Assembly (NCBI RefSeq): GCF_000143415.4
Contig: NW_003314270.1
Location: 1-64,000 of the forward strand
DNA from: Selaginella moellendorffii
Taxonomy: Eukaryota > Plantae > Lycopodiophyta
Length of the DNA: 64,000 nucleotides
Direction of reading: 5' to 3'
The notes beneath the pieces are model-generated. The model made no database searches, was not told the origin of the DNA, and saw only the letters and a program-made list of their open reading frames with translations. The translations under genes were made by a program, and so were the position numbers. Of the stretch, positions 34,947 to 46,135 are shown one piece after another (position 1 is the first letter of the stretch; each line of letters opens with the position of its first letter).

Positions 34947-36641
34947 TTACCTTATTAGAGACCAGGCTGAAACGGTGACTAGAGGCTGATCCAACCAACC
35001 AAGTGTGATACCTTCACAACATTCCCTACTTCCATTTTCATCCTTGCCCTCCAGTTTGTCAATCCTATACTCAGGACACAAGAACATCTCCAGCAGCAGC
35101 TTTGCCTGGACAATCGCGCGCTGGCTCATTCCCCTGTTCCGAAACCCCTCCTCTTCCAACATCCTCTTCCATCCCTCAAACCTCTCGTGCCTCTCGATCC
35201 GGTCCTCCCCCTCACACCCAACGATGTTTCTAATCTCCCTCGCAAAGATGGTCTTCTCCACCCTCGTCCTCGCCGACAATGAGCTCTCTCCATCGACCAC
35301 CACCACGCTCGAGTCCAGGGCATCAAACATCGCCGCATAATAGCGCAGCGACCCCGCAAACCTGGCCTCGAAGCACTCCACATTGTGCTCGGCTTCGTGC
35401 TCCACAATTGCCACCACCTCCGGCTTCGTGCTCCGGATGAGCTCCATCACCCCCTGGATCTGCTGCCGATCCAGCAAGCTCCGGTGGAGCTGCCCGATGC
35501 AATTCACCGCCACCGCCTCCCCGTCCTTGACGTGGAGCATCCACAGCCGGATCTCCTCGAGCCGCTCCACCACGGCATGGAACTCGAAGCACAGCCCCAG
35601 CGCCTGAGCAAACTCCGCCAGCCGATCGCCCGTCTCCTGGACGCTGTCCTTGAAAGGCCCGATGCCACTGATCCTCACCAGTGATGGCGGCCCCTCCGAT
35701 CGATTCGCTAGCGCTTGGAACAGCGCCGGCCACTGGAGCCCCTGCCCCACGTCCAGATCGATGACATGGACCTTCTTCCGCCCCTGGAACGCCTCGAGGA
35801 TGGCATCGTTGGCGCTGAAGTGGGCGAACTTGACGATCGGGCTGACGTGATTGAGGATGTGGTAGGCGGCGATGGATTCCTCCTCGGCCTCGGAAGAACA
35901 GGCGGATCCGGGGCTTGGATCGGTCTCCAGCGACAGCGGCTTGTAGAGATCCGGGCGCTGGCTGGCCAACCGGCACGCTAGGCCCTCGGTAAAGTAGGCT
36001 GCCAGGCGCTCCATGGCGGTGGATCCATGCGGCGATGCCAGCTCGCCCAGTCTTGCCAGAAGGCAGTGGATCAAACTCGTGCTCTTCGCCGAGATTGCCT
36101 GGGCGCAAGCTACCAGGAGATCCACGAGCTCGATCTTTTCCTCCTTGTTGCTGTCGCTGGTGGCATTCTCGGCGGCGCGATGATCATCATCATCCTGGTG
36201 CTGAGCGTCCAAATATCCCTGCCCGCCGATCGATTCGCTCTGCGCGTCTGCCGAGCAATCGAGAACCCCTTCCACGAGCGCCTCCCATTGCTGCTGCTCG
36301 TCGCCATCATCCCGTAACAAACCCTGCTCGCGATCGAAGGCCGAGTGGTGACGATCGAACGACCCCGCCGCGATCAAGAACGCGTCGTCCGACGCCGGCG
36401 ACCCGGAACGCTCCATCCCGTTGCTGTCCGTGGAGCCCTCGCACCGCGCCGCGGCCGTAATCTCCCCAAACAGTTCATCCGGAGGCGATTTCTCCTCGTA
36501 GAAGCAAGAATCCAGGCCGTGCTCGATCGATTCCTCACCGTAGAAGCAGTAGGAGCTGTCGGACGACGCCGAGGAGTGGTCGATCGCGAAGCACCGCTCC
36601 AGCGCCTCGCCTTCTTGCTCGCCCCTAATTCCCAGCATCAT
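34947..36641 (-). CDS. GRAS transcription factor, SCL28/DLT-like, intronless
   Basis: LLVACAQAI, MERLAAYFTEGL, PIVKFAHFSANDAILEAF, VHVIDL, RLEEIRLWMLHVKDGEAVAVNC (SCL28/DLT-type signature), ERHE and terminal SAW. Confidence 0.93.
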   Translation of the reverse strand: MMLGIRGEQEGEALERCFAIDHSSASSDSSYCFYGEESIEHGLDSCFYEEKSPPDELFGEITAAARCEGSTDSNGMERSGSPASDDAFLIAAGSFDRHHSAFDREQGLLRDDGDEQQQWEALVEGVLDCSADAQSESIGGQGYLDAQHQDDDDHRAAENATSDSNKEEKIELVDLLVACAQAISAKSTSLIHCLLARLGELASPHGSTAMERLAAYFTEGLACRLASQRPDLYKPLSLETDPSPGSACSSEAEEESIAAYHILNHVSPIVKFAHFSANDAILEAFQGRKKVHVIDLDVGQGLQWPALFQALANRSEGPPSLVRISGIGPFKDSVQETGDRLAEFAQALGLCFEFHAVVERLEEIRLWMLHVKDGEAVAVNCIGQLHRSLLDRQQIQGVMELIRSTKPEVVAIVEHEAEHNVECFEARFAGSLRYYAAMFDALDSSVVVVDGESSLSARTRVEKTIFAREIRNIVGCEGEDRIERHERFEGWKRMLEEEGFRNRGMSQRAIVQAKLLLEMFLCPEYRIDKLEGKDENGSRECCEGITLGWLDQPLVTVSAWSLIR

Positions 36642-36821
36642 ACCCTAGCTCTCCTGAAAGGACTCGATCGATCGCTCGCTCAAGGAATGGAAGCGTTATA
36701 CCCTACCCGACCAATTGTCTAGCCGTTAAAGCCTTGTGACCGTTATGAGTAAAAAACCCCATCAGCCCTAAAAGCATATTCTTTGCACGGTATTAGTCCT
36801 TTTAGGGTTCTTGGAGTAAGG

Positions 36822-37691
36822 ATGAAGGAAATCAGCGAGGGATTGTTTCTGGGGAACATTGACGATGCGGTCTCGCGTCTCGTGGGCCGCCATAGCCATA
36901 GCTCCAAAATCTCCCATGTTTTATCAGTAGCAAACATACATTTGAGCGACAAAGCGATTGAGACGCGCAGCCAAATCACAAGGAAGGAGAGGAAGCAAAT
37001 GGCGAAGCGCGATTTGGTGAGAAAGGAGGTGCCTCTTGTCGATTCGGAGACACAAAACATCCTGGAGCGCTTGGAGGAGTGCCTGGATTTCATTGAGCAC
37101 GGCCGCCAACACGGTGGCGTGCTCGTCCATTGCCTCCAAGGAATCTCTCGCAGGTCAGTGTGGCATTGTTTCTTAAATCGAAGTCCCAACTTTTGCGCTG
37201 GTCTTTTCAGTGCTTCCATAGTCACGGCTTATCTTATGAGAAGCGAGAGACTCTCCGTGAAAGGTGATGTTTCAATCCCTTTAGATGTTCTTTCTCTGAT
37301 CGTTGCTGTTTGTCTTCAGATGCACTTGCTTCTCTACGGCTGCATAACGAAATGATCTGCCCGAATCCCGGATTTATGCACCAGGTAAAGAGCCACAAAG
37401 ATGGTGAGTTTCGTGGCAAATTGACTACCAATGCTGGGCTCTGGCAGCTGGAGCTGTTTTACGAGATGAAGTTCACTGTGGACAAGGACAGTCCCTTTTA
37501 CAGCCGCTGGAGCGACATAGGTTTGTAAAAAGCAAGTTCAGATCCAATTCACGCGCTAAACTTCTCTTTGAAGTGCTCCAGATTTCAGCAAAATTCCACA
37601 AGCCCCAGAACTCTCTCATTGTATTCCTGAGAGTAAATCGAGTAAAAGCGAGGAGGCTTTGGTGGATGGCTTGAACGGACTGTTCACGTGA
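36822..37691 (+). CDS. Dual-specificity protein phosphatase (DUSP12/YVH1-like catalytic domain), multi-exon; 3' end approximate
   Basis: MKEISEGLFLGNI..., VLVHCLQGISR|SASIVTAYLMRSE (HCx5R), ICPNPGFMHQ|LELF. Short GT-AG introns at ~37154-37210, 37264-37319, 37385-37448 and 37521-~37580. Confidence 0.85.
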
Positions 37692-38399
37692 AAGTGTGCC
37701 TCTTTTGATTTTCGTTATATGATCATTTTTAACTATTGTTTATTCAGCTCTTTTATTTTTATTGTGTGGATTTAATCTGGATTTGTGGTCCTGGCCGGAT
37801 TGGTGGTGCTCCTCAGGTCTGTCGGCTTGGGGCTCCAGGAGCTCAGCGCCTTGGCGCATGGCGGCCGTGGCTGGCTTTTAATGGGGCTCCCTAGCTTTCC
37901 ACGGGCAAGCCACGGCCATGGCCTTGGTTGCTGGCCATGGCCCTGCCTTGGCCGTGGCTTCTCTCGCAACCGCCGGTTGAGAACGAGCTAATCCCAGATC
38001 GTGGTGGGGATTCGATCGATGGTGGCGTGGATCGTTGGCCATGCCAGTCATCCCAGACAGAGTGACATTACGAAAAATATTCCTAGCGGCAAGGCACTTG
38101 AACGAGTACTTGGTATCCTTAGGGAGATTTTAGCACAGCTCAAAAACCACCAGAGGCCGGTGTCGCGTCCAATGCTGCAGCGGGAACCATTAGAATACGT
38201 TGTCAGTCGCACATTCTGTTTGTGTTTGCGCTTCCGGGGCGCCTCAGATCTGAATGGGCTGGCGACGTCAATGTTTCCTCAGCAGATTATCCTTGGAATA
38301 TCCTTGCCAGATTATCCTTGCAATAATCCTCAACAAATTATCCTTGGAAGCTAACAGCGATGAGAATGGGGGAATTGGAGTAGTTGGATGCCCAAGTGC

Positions 38400-40460
38400 T
38401 ACAAGAAGTCTTGAAACCAAAGAACCTCTCTTTATGTAGCTGAGGCAGCCAAGTATTCTACTTCTGTGGAGGAGAGAGCAACATGGTGTTGCTTCTTGCT
38501 ACTCCATTGGACTGCTCCTCCTGCTAGTAGATAGCAAAATCCTGTGGTTGATTTGGAGGTGTCCCTATCATCATTGAGATTGCTGTCTGAAAATGCTTGA
38601 AGGTTGAAATCATGCTCAGAAGTTTTACCATACTGAATGCCAAAATCTAAAGTGCTCTTTACATACTTGAGTATTCCTTCCAATGCTTCTTGCCTGGATT
38701 TGCAGAGAATTAGCTGAGAGTAATGACTGCAAATACCAAGTCTGGTCTAGAACAAACCATAGCATACATAAGAGATTCAGTCAGGTTCTTGTATGGCAAA
38801 GATGCCATTTCTTCTTGCTCCTCCTTGCTGGTAGGACAATTTTGCTTGGTAAACATGGATCCTGGAGGAAGAAAAAGGCTTACATTGTTGCATGTGAAAC
38901 TTGTCCAAGAGAGAAGAGAGGTACTTCTTTTGAGAGATGTGAAGAAGTTGCTGCTGTTGATCTCACTGGATTTTCAGGCCTAGGCAGTACTTGACTAGAC
39001 CAAGATTAGCCATCTCAAACTTAGATGCCATTGTTAATCTAAGAAAGGAGAAGAGAGTCATCCACATAAAGAGCAACAATAATCTTGATATAGATATTAG
39101 AATTAGCCTAAGGGGAGTGAAGCCATGGTGCTTGAAAAAACGAATTAATCTGCTAAGCTCTAAATGCTTATTTGAGACCATACAGAGCCTTTTTCAACTT
39201 CTAAACTTTGTGCTCCTTTCCTGGTTGTACATACCTTTCTAGTTGGTAAAGATACACATCACCCCCTTTTATTTAGGGTTGGGCCCATTTGCTTATTTGG
39301 CCGCCTCATTGCTTACATAGGCATGCCACTTTATTACTACAAATTAAAGATTGTTCTAGTATATTATTAGTTCTCTCAATAAAATCAGAAAAAGTAAGAA
39401 TACTATCTTGAGCATGATTTATATATTCCAATATAGCCATAATACTAAAGATAATGATAAAAATAAGAAAGAAAATATAAAAAGGAACATAAAACACAAC
39501 ATATAGTAATTAAAATTTAATGTTACTAATTTAGATTTAGTTGTTAAACATTTAAGGCTGGGCATAACTAGGCATAGCACCGGAGCAAGGAGTGAGCGTG
39601 GCAAGGGGGTAACCATGTAAAAGAGGGGGATGCTGCATTATGCATTTCTCCCCACATCCTCTTGCAAATCAGCATTGAAGATTGTTGTCAATGTGATGAA
39701 CCTCAAAGAATGCAGCAAAGGCAAGGAGAATCCTAATGCTGTTCATCTTCACCACTAGAGAATAATGGATGCCATATTTCTGGATAAATCCTACTAATCT
39801 GGCTTTGTAGCAATTCAAAGTGCCATCAGTATTGAGCTTGACACAATGGATTGGATTTGTTGATCCATTGCTTGCTTCCAAAAGAATGCTAAATCACTGG
39901 CCATTGCTTCTTAGTAAGAAGTTGGTTCCATGGTATTTGTTACTTCACAAAATTTCAAGAGAAGAGAGGTACTGGTAGAAAATCCAGATTCCAAATTCTC
40001 AAAAATTATAAGTGTGGGTTTCTTGACACGCTTCCCATGACCAAGATTCTCCCTATGAGAGAGTGGAGGCTGAGTTGACACTGTTGCTACTGCTGCATGT
40101 GGAGAATCAGCTACATGTGAAAGAAGGTGGTGCAAGTGAGAGATCAAGTTGCTCCAAGGGTACATTATGCTCCTTCAAAACAGGTACAGAAGTAGAGGTA
40201 GAAGGAGAAAGATCATTATCCCAAAGCCAATGTTCTGAGATGTGGAGAAAATCCATGTTGCAAGTGGTGGTGGTACTGCTGTTGCTAGAAAAGTAGAGAT
40301 GGAAGATCACATTTTGGTATGCTGGTCCATAAATTGTGCTATTAGTAGGATCTATCAATCTGTAAGCATGACCAACATTAGAATAGCCAATGAATATAAG
40401 TTTCTAATGTTGGCATCAAACTTAGTCCTGCATAAAATGCAGAATCTTGATTTGCATGGT
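38400..40460 (-). mobile_element. Ty1/copia retrotransposon remnant (integrase tail, RT, RNase H)
   Basis: QAFSDSNLNDDRDTSKSTTGF...WSSKKQHHVALSSTEVEYLAA; KLNTDGTLNCYKARLV; YRLIDP..NVIF. Heavily frameshifted. Confidence 0.85.
39257..39632. mobile_element. Small AT-rich insertion with imperfect 15-bp TIRs inside copia RT
   Basis: CATCACCCCCTTTTA versus reverse complement of TAAAAGAGGGGGATG. Interrupts copia coding remnants. No clear TSD. Confidence 0.4.
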
Positions 40461-40549
40461 TTAGGTTATATTCGATATTATAGGAATCTGGATTGTTCTG
40501 GAGGCTGAGCTGTTTCTCTGGATTCCTGCTTGTTTATCAACAACCGAAA

Positions 40550-40766
40550 TTGCCATAATGGCTGAGCATAGGCAACACGCTTAAGTGCCATCCATTTCGG
40601 GGCTAATTGATTTAGCAAGTGAGTTGTTACACACTCTTTAGTGGATTTCGACTTTCATGACCACTGTCCTACTGTTTTAATCAATCAACACCTTTTGTGA
40701 GATCTGGGTTAGCACACATTTGGGTGCCTTAGCTTGGCTTTCAGTTCATCCCACATCACTAATTCT
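40550..40766 (-). pseudogene. Degenerate nuclear 25S (LSU) rRNA fragment, part 1
   Basis: GCCATCCATTTCGGGGCTA..TGAGTTGTTACACACTC..GGATTTCGACTT.CATGACCAC.GTCCT matches the reverse complement of conserved plant LSU rRNA, with many C>T/G>A changes. Confidence 0.85.
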
Positions 40767-41070
40767 TCTACAACTCCGGTTCCTCCAAGATCAGACTGTC
40801 TCCATGGTTTGATAACAAGATTTTTTAACAAGAAGTTTTGTTTACAAAAACCCATCAACATGATAATGGGACATATGAGTAGATGTGGCATGGTAAAAAA
40901 CAAGACTTTGGATTCTTTGCAAAATCTCATGCTGGGAGACACACTATACGGCTATGCAAACCTAGTTACAAACTATAGTTATTTGACTTCATGGCAGTAA
41001 GTGCTAGATTTTCTCATACCAAAAGGTATGAAGCGATGGCACATTCTCCAGGAGTGCATCGACAAGTAGA

Positions 41071-44000
41071 GCAGGGTTGGGCAGCTACAAGGCTGTGCGC
41101 TAGCGCAGCCATGCGCATTTTTTGCCCACACCAGGATCAATAGCCGCTTTTTTGCACATCACAAAAATGAGTAGTGCTAATGAAGTGTTTGCTTGGGTTT
41201 AGCTCAAAATGAGCTCACGCCCAACACTAAGGTTGCAAGGAATCTCTCTAATGTTTTCCTGGCCACACAAATGGGTACAAAAGATTCATTTGCATTCCCT
41301 CCCCCGGCCTGTAGGAAGTTTTTACAGCTAGAACACTAGAACCTAACACAGCAATGCAAGGGACAATCACCAACTCTGCTTAGGTACCACTTATGATATT
41401 GACTGATCCAATGTATAATCACCCCCATAGAAAAAGGATGGGATGACAGTGACTAGACTGGATGGCAAGATTTATGAAGTAATAGAAAACAATCAGGTTG
41501 AACATGCTCTTTAGATTCAATCTTTGGAAGTCACTTCTGATGCGTGGCTTGGACATGTACCTGAGAACATTGGCTAATGAATATTAGTCATATGCAAGTT
41601 TCATTTCATTCTTGAATTCTATCTTTGTACTTTTACAAAAAAAATTGAGAGTTAGTTGAGATTGCATTACTAATCCTTGTTTTTCACCCTACTATAAAAC
41701 CCTACTATATTGTCCCAGGCCAATACAAGAGTTCAGTAAGGAGTTTGTGTCTGTAGCAAGGAACAATATTGAGACATACAACATCAAGCTTGTGGAGTTC
41801 GAACGATATGGTAATGGTAGAATGACTACTGTCGAATCTTTTCTCCGGCAGGGTTAAAGGTTCAAGGGTTATGCTTAATTAAAAGGTCATAATTATTCAA
41901 AATGCCAAAAAGTAACTTTGAATAAAACCCTGCTATATTGTCGCAGGCCAATACAAGAGTTCAGTAAGGAGTTTGTGTCTGTAGCAAGGAACAATATTGA
42001 GACGTACAACATCAAGCTTGCGGAGTTCGAACGATATGGTAGTGGTAGAATGACACGGTTTAGCAATCAAGGAGCTTCAGGGTCGCAACAATTGGATGAA
42101 GATGCCTGTAGTGTTGGAGGATCAACTCCTCAAGCTAGTGGGAGTATTGAACGCAGGCTGAACATGTTTGCCTTTCCGAGCAGTAAAGACAACAAAGCAT
42201 GGGAATGGATAGAATTTTTGGAGGGTGAAGACCAGTTGATGTAGAGCGATTGTGGCAACAGGTTTGAGAGACTGAGTTAGCTACAATTGGCTGCATCTCT
42301 GTGGGTGGTTTATGCGCAGCTGGGAATCAGATTGATATAATAGTGTCTACTACACGGCCTCAGACAGGCTCAACAAGTCGTATCTTGCAGGAAACAGTAG
42401 CTCTCAAAGGAATCACAGGAAGGGTGTTGACCCCTGAAGAACTCAAGGCATAGCAGAAGGAGTATGCATTGGGAGTTTATATCGAGGTCAGAGTGTTCAA
42501 CCTAGCAGTTGGTAGACACGCCCAATGCAGTTCCATGTTTCCTTTGCCTTTGCTGAAGGCTTTGCATGAAGACTTTTTGGATGAGATATACCATAAAACG
42601 GTTGAGTGCATTGATCAACAACTTGAGAAAGCTACAGGTGCGTACAGCCCACGACCGCTTTGCTTGGTAACAGACAGTTGGAAGACAGTTAGTGGGTTGC
42701 ATATTCAGAATATTATGATCGTTCATGCAGCACACCATGAAGAGTTTTTTTATGCCTCATTTGAGTGCTGTGAATCTTAAGGTATGGATTGCTTTTTCAT
42801 GTAACATCCAATTAACTTGTTTGCTTTGCAATGCAGCTGATATCTTGTATAGCAAATTGAAGAGTGTGGTTTCAGCTATAAACACTCGAGTACTCACTGA
42901 TGATGCAAATGTAGCCATAAGCAACATCCCTGGCAATGGAAACACATTACATGATCAAATGCGGTGTATAAAGAGGAAGTGTGGATTATCAGCAATAGTA
43001 ACAGACAATGCAACCAACATGCAGCTTGTTAGACATAAATTCGAAGCTGAGTTTGAAGATATGTGGAGTGTTCTATGCCAGTTTCATGCTCTGAACCTTG
43101 TACTAACGTCTTGGGCAGGTTTGGACAACATCAAACAATATCTGGACACAGGGAAGTGTATAGTTCAATTTGTGAAGAACTCCACTCGTGTGTATGCTTT
43201 TTATCAAGCTCAGCATCCTAAGCGGCAACTTGTCAGACCTGTCACTACTCGGTGAGTATTAGAGTTGTGTAACTGTCTGTTACTGACTTTAACACTTTTT
43301 TTGTTTCTTTCACAGGTTTGGAACCTATTATTACATGCTCAGGTGATTATGGGAAGAGTGTGGAGCATTGCAAAGGTTGTTTAGGAATACTGGATTTAAA
43401 GATTGGCTATAAAGCCAACCCACAATGACAACAGAGACTGCTAACCAAGCCATGACGGTAGTGGAGGATTTTAATTTCTAGGCGGGTGTTGAGAAGGTGA
43501 TGCAGTTGATGGAGCCAGTGGTGATGGCAATCAAGTTCTTTGATCGCTCAGCTTCAACCATTGGCTTTGTGTGGCAAGCATAGCGTTTTTTGAAGTTCAA
43601 GACAGCAGCAGTTACAGGTTTCAGTGTGGAGGACAAACAGCAGCTTGAAGACTTTCTGCAGAAACAGGAGGATCAATACATGAGATCCTGTGACTTGTTT
43701 GGGGCAGCCTGGTGTGTAAATCCGCGTTATAGGGAGGATAGGAACAGACAGGAAGCGACAACAGCATTCAGTTGTGTTCGACATTGTTTCTATCCAAATG
43801 CTGAAGATGCCCACAAGCTAAATCAAGAGTACTTTGTGTACGTCGATGGAACTGGCCCCTTTTCCATTGCAGACAGCTGTGATGCACAAGAATTGCTTGA
43901 GAAAGGCAAGGATGGAGATTCACCTTGGCATGTTTGGGCCTCTGCGGTCAGCTTCAGCTGTGACTTGGGGGCAGTGCTTTAGAGGTTTGCATGCTATATT

Positions 44001-44893
44001 CTTGGTTTGACAACTTCGAATTCTGCAGCTAAGCGGAATTTTAGTACATGCAGCAACGTCTTGACACTAAAGCGGGACAAGTAACCCCTTTGTTCATTTA
44101 TAAAACATGAAGAACTTGTCTGACATTGGTGTCACTTGCCTGTGTGTAGATTGCATCCAGAGCGGGCTGAGATGCTCGTTCATACCAAAACCGTCGAATT
44201 TGGGATAGGAAGGAATTTAAAACTTCTTGCAGCTCTGCAACGTGGACTGGAGGAGAATTTGATATTCCAAAAGAGAACGACTCTCCAGTTGTAGGAGGCA
44301 GTGGCACAGGCCACACAACCACAGGTTTCAGGTCTTATGCGGAAGTTGACGCTGATGATTCCATGTCTGAAGACGAAGATGATGACTTCAACCGGGATTC
44401 TGATCTTAGGTTTAATGGGAGGTAAACTTCTTCGTTTACTTCTATCCAGGCTGATAGTACGCAATACTATGCATGATAGTGAGATTAGTGGCCATGGGGA
44501 TGACATGGACTAAGTAACTGGTGTGGAGAGCTTACCTGCATCTCCCATGCCTCCTCCTTTCAAGTGCAAACATCTAAATAAGGGAGATTCGAGTGCTGCT
44601 GCAGTCAGAAAAAGGAAAATCTGTTTGTTAACTGATTTGGACCAGCCCAATACCAACAGTTCAGGGCAACAACTGGCATCACTTGAAATTTCTCATGAAT
44701 TGCCTGATATTGACATTGTTGATTCATAATTAAGTTGGCACACATGTGCTGTTTTTTAATTTTTAAGCTGCTTAAGGAAATTGTCACGGCCATTGACTTT
44801 TCAGATGACACTAATTTGTATTAAAGCTTTTAACATTTTCTCTACCAAAAAGCCATTTCAAATGGCTTTTTGGCAGCCAAAATAAAACCCTAC
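41071..44893 (+). mobile_element. hAT-superfamily transposon with decayed, intron-containing transposase (DUF659 + dimerisation domain); ends approximate
   Basis: LCLVTDSWKT, AIVTDNATNM, CQFHALNL, LVRPVTTR|FGT and SNSAAxRNFS motifs with stops. Candidate termini GCAGGGTT (41071) / AACCCTAC (44893). A ~135 bp internal duplication at 41696-41827 / 41925-42054. Confidence 0.8.
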
Positions 44894-45028
44894 AATATAG
44901 ATACACCCAAACTGTAGGAGGTGACATAAGAAATGTTAGGGTTATCATGTTGGTTTTGATTGGTATCAGGTTATAAGACAGATGATCTTACACCCTAGAC
45001 AAAAGTACTAAAAATGGCCTAGTTGATT

Positions 45029-45519
45029 TGCTTAACCATGAATGGCCCACTCGGAGCTCAGATTCCATAGCTGGGGTTCAATGGAGCAACCCCAATGTCT
45101 CACCTATTTAAAGTTTGAGAATAGATTAAGGGCATTTCACCTCCGAGGCCTCTAATCATTCGCTTTACCCAATGAAACTTCGTAGATGAGCTCTAGCTAT
45201 CTTAAGGGAAACTTCAGAAAGAACTAACTACTAGATGGTTCAATTAATCTTTCACCCCGAGTTTGACAAACGACTTACATATCAGTATTGTTATAGGCCT
45301 CCACCAGAGTTTCCTTTGGCTTTGCTCTGCTGAGACATAGTTCACCATCTTTCGGGTCCTAACAGGTATGCTCAAACTCAAACCTTCACAAAAAATCAAG
45401 GTCGGTCCATGTTGCTCCCCAGAGGGGGGATCAAACAATTCAGTTTCCTTGCACCTCATGGGTTTGAAACCTACGGACTCATAGATTCCTTGGTCCATGT
45501 TTCAAGATGGGTCAAATAG
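45029..45519 (-). pseudogene. Degenerate nuclear 25S (LSU) rRNA fragment, part 2
   Basis: AATGGCCCACT.GGAGCTC, CACCTATTTAAAGTTTGAGAATAG, GCCTCTAATCATTCGCTTTACC, CATAGTTCACCATCTTTCGGGTCC and TCCTTGGTCC.TGTTTCAAGA.GGGTC are antisense LSU rRNA motifs. Confidence 0.9.
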
Positions 45520-46135
45520 AACAGCAAACGTCCACCAAAGCATTTCACCCAATCACCAAAGAGACAGAAGCCAAAAGTAAAAAAAGCAATTACACATTCC
45601 AGAAGTGTAACTCAGAGTTACTATCCAGTCTTTTGACAGCATCCCTCCCAATCATGACCTGATCATCTTTCACATTTTAGCATAAATCAAACAAAATAAA
45701 GAAATAAATCGGAAATATAAAACTGATTAACACCACCTTCAGAATATGCATAAGAACATGTGCTACAAATAAGCCGATATAAAAAACTTATTACATCAAA
45801 ACTTTAATAGCTTCAAAGGCCAGATTAAGACCTTGATCCAAAAATATACACTCCAACTGATTTTTTGCCTGAAGGCCAAGAGCACTCTGACCAAGCACTC
45901 TATTGTAAGCATAAAAGAATATAGAAACTCAAAGTGAATATGAGAGTGCCAGCAAAATTTAGAAATCTAAAAGATTCTGTATGTTTCAATCCATTCTAGA
46001 AATCTAAACATATTTTTTTGGTGTAAACATCAGTGTGAAGTTTACACTTTGATGTATATTAAGTGAGTTCTATTCAGTCTTGTAAAATTATTACTTTTTT
46101 TTTATTTTATAATAATTTTGCTGCTTCATATATTT

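Noticed and set aside
35005-36722. Numerous long alternative-frame and antisense ORFs over the GRAS gene (likewise over the PPR, ABCB and LRR-RLK genes)
   Set aside because: Expected shadow ORFs of GC-rich coding sequence; no motifs.
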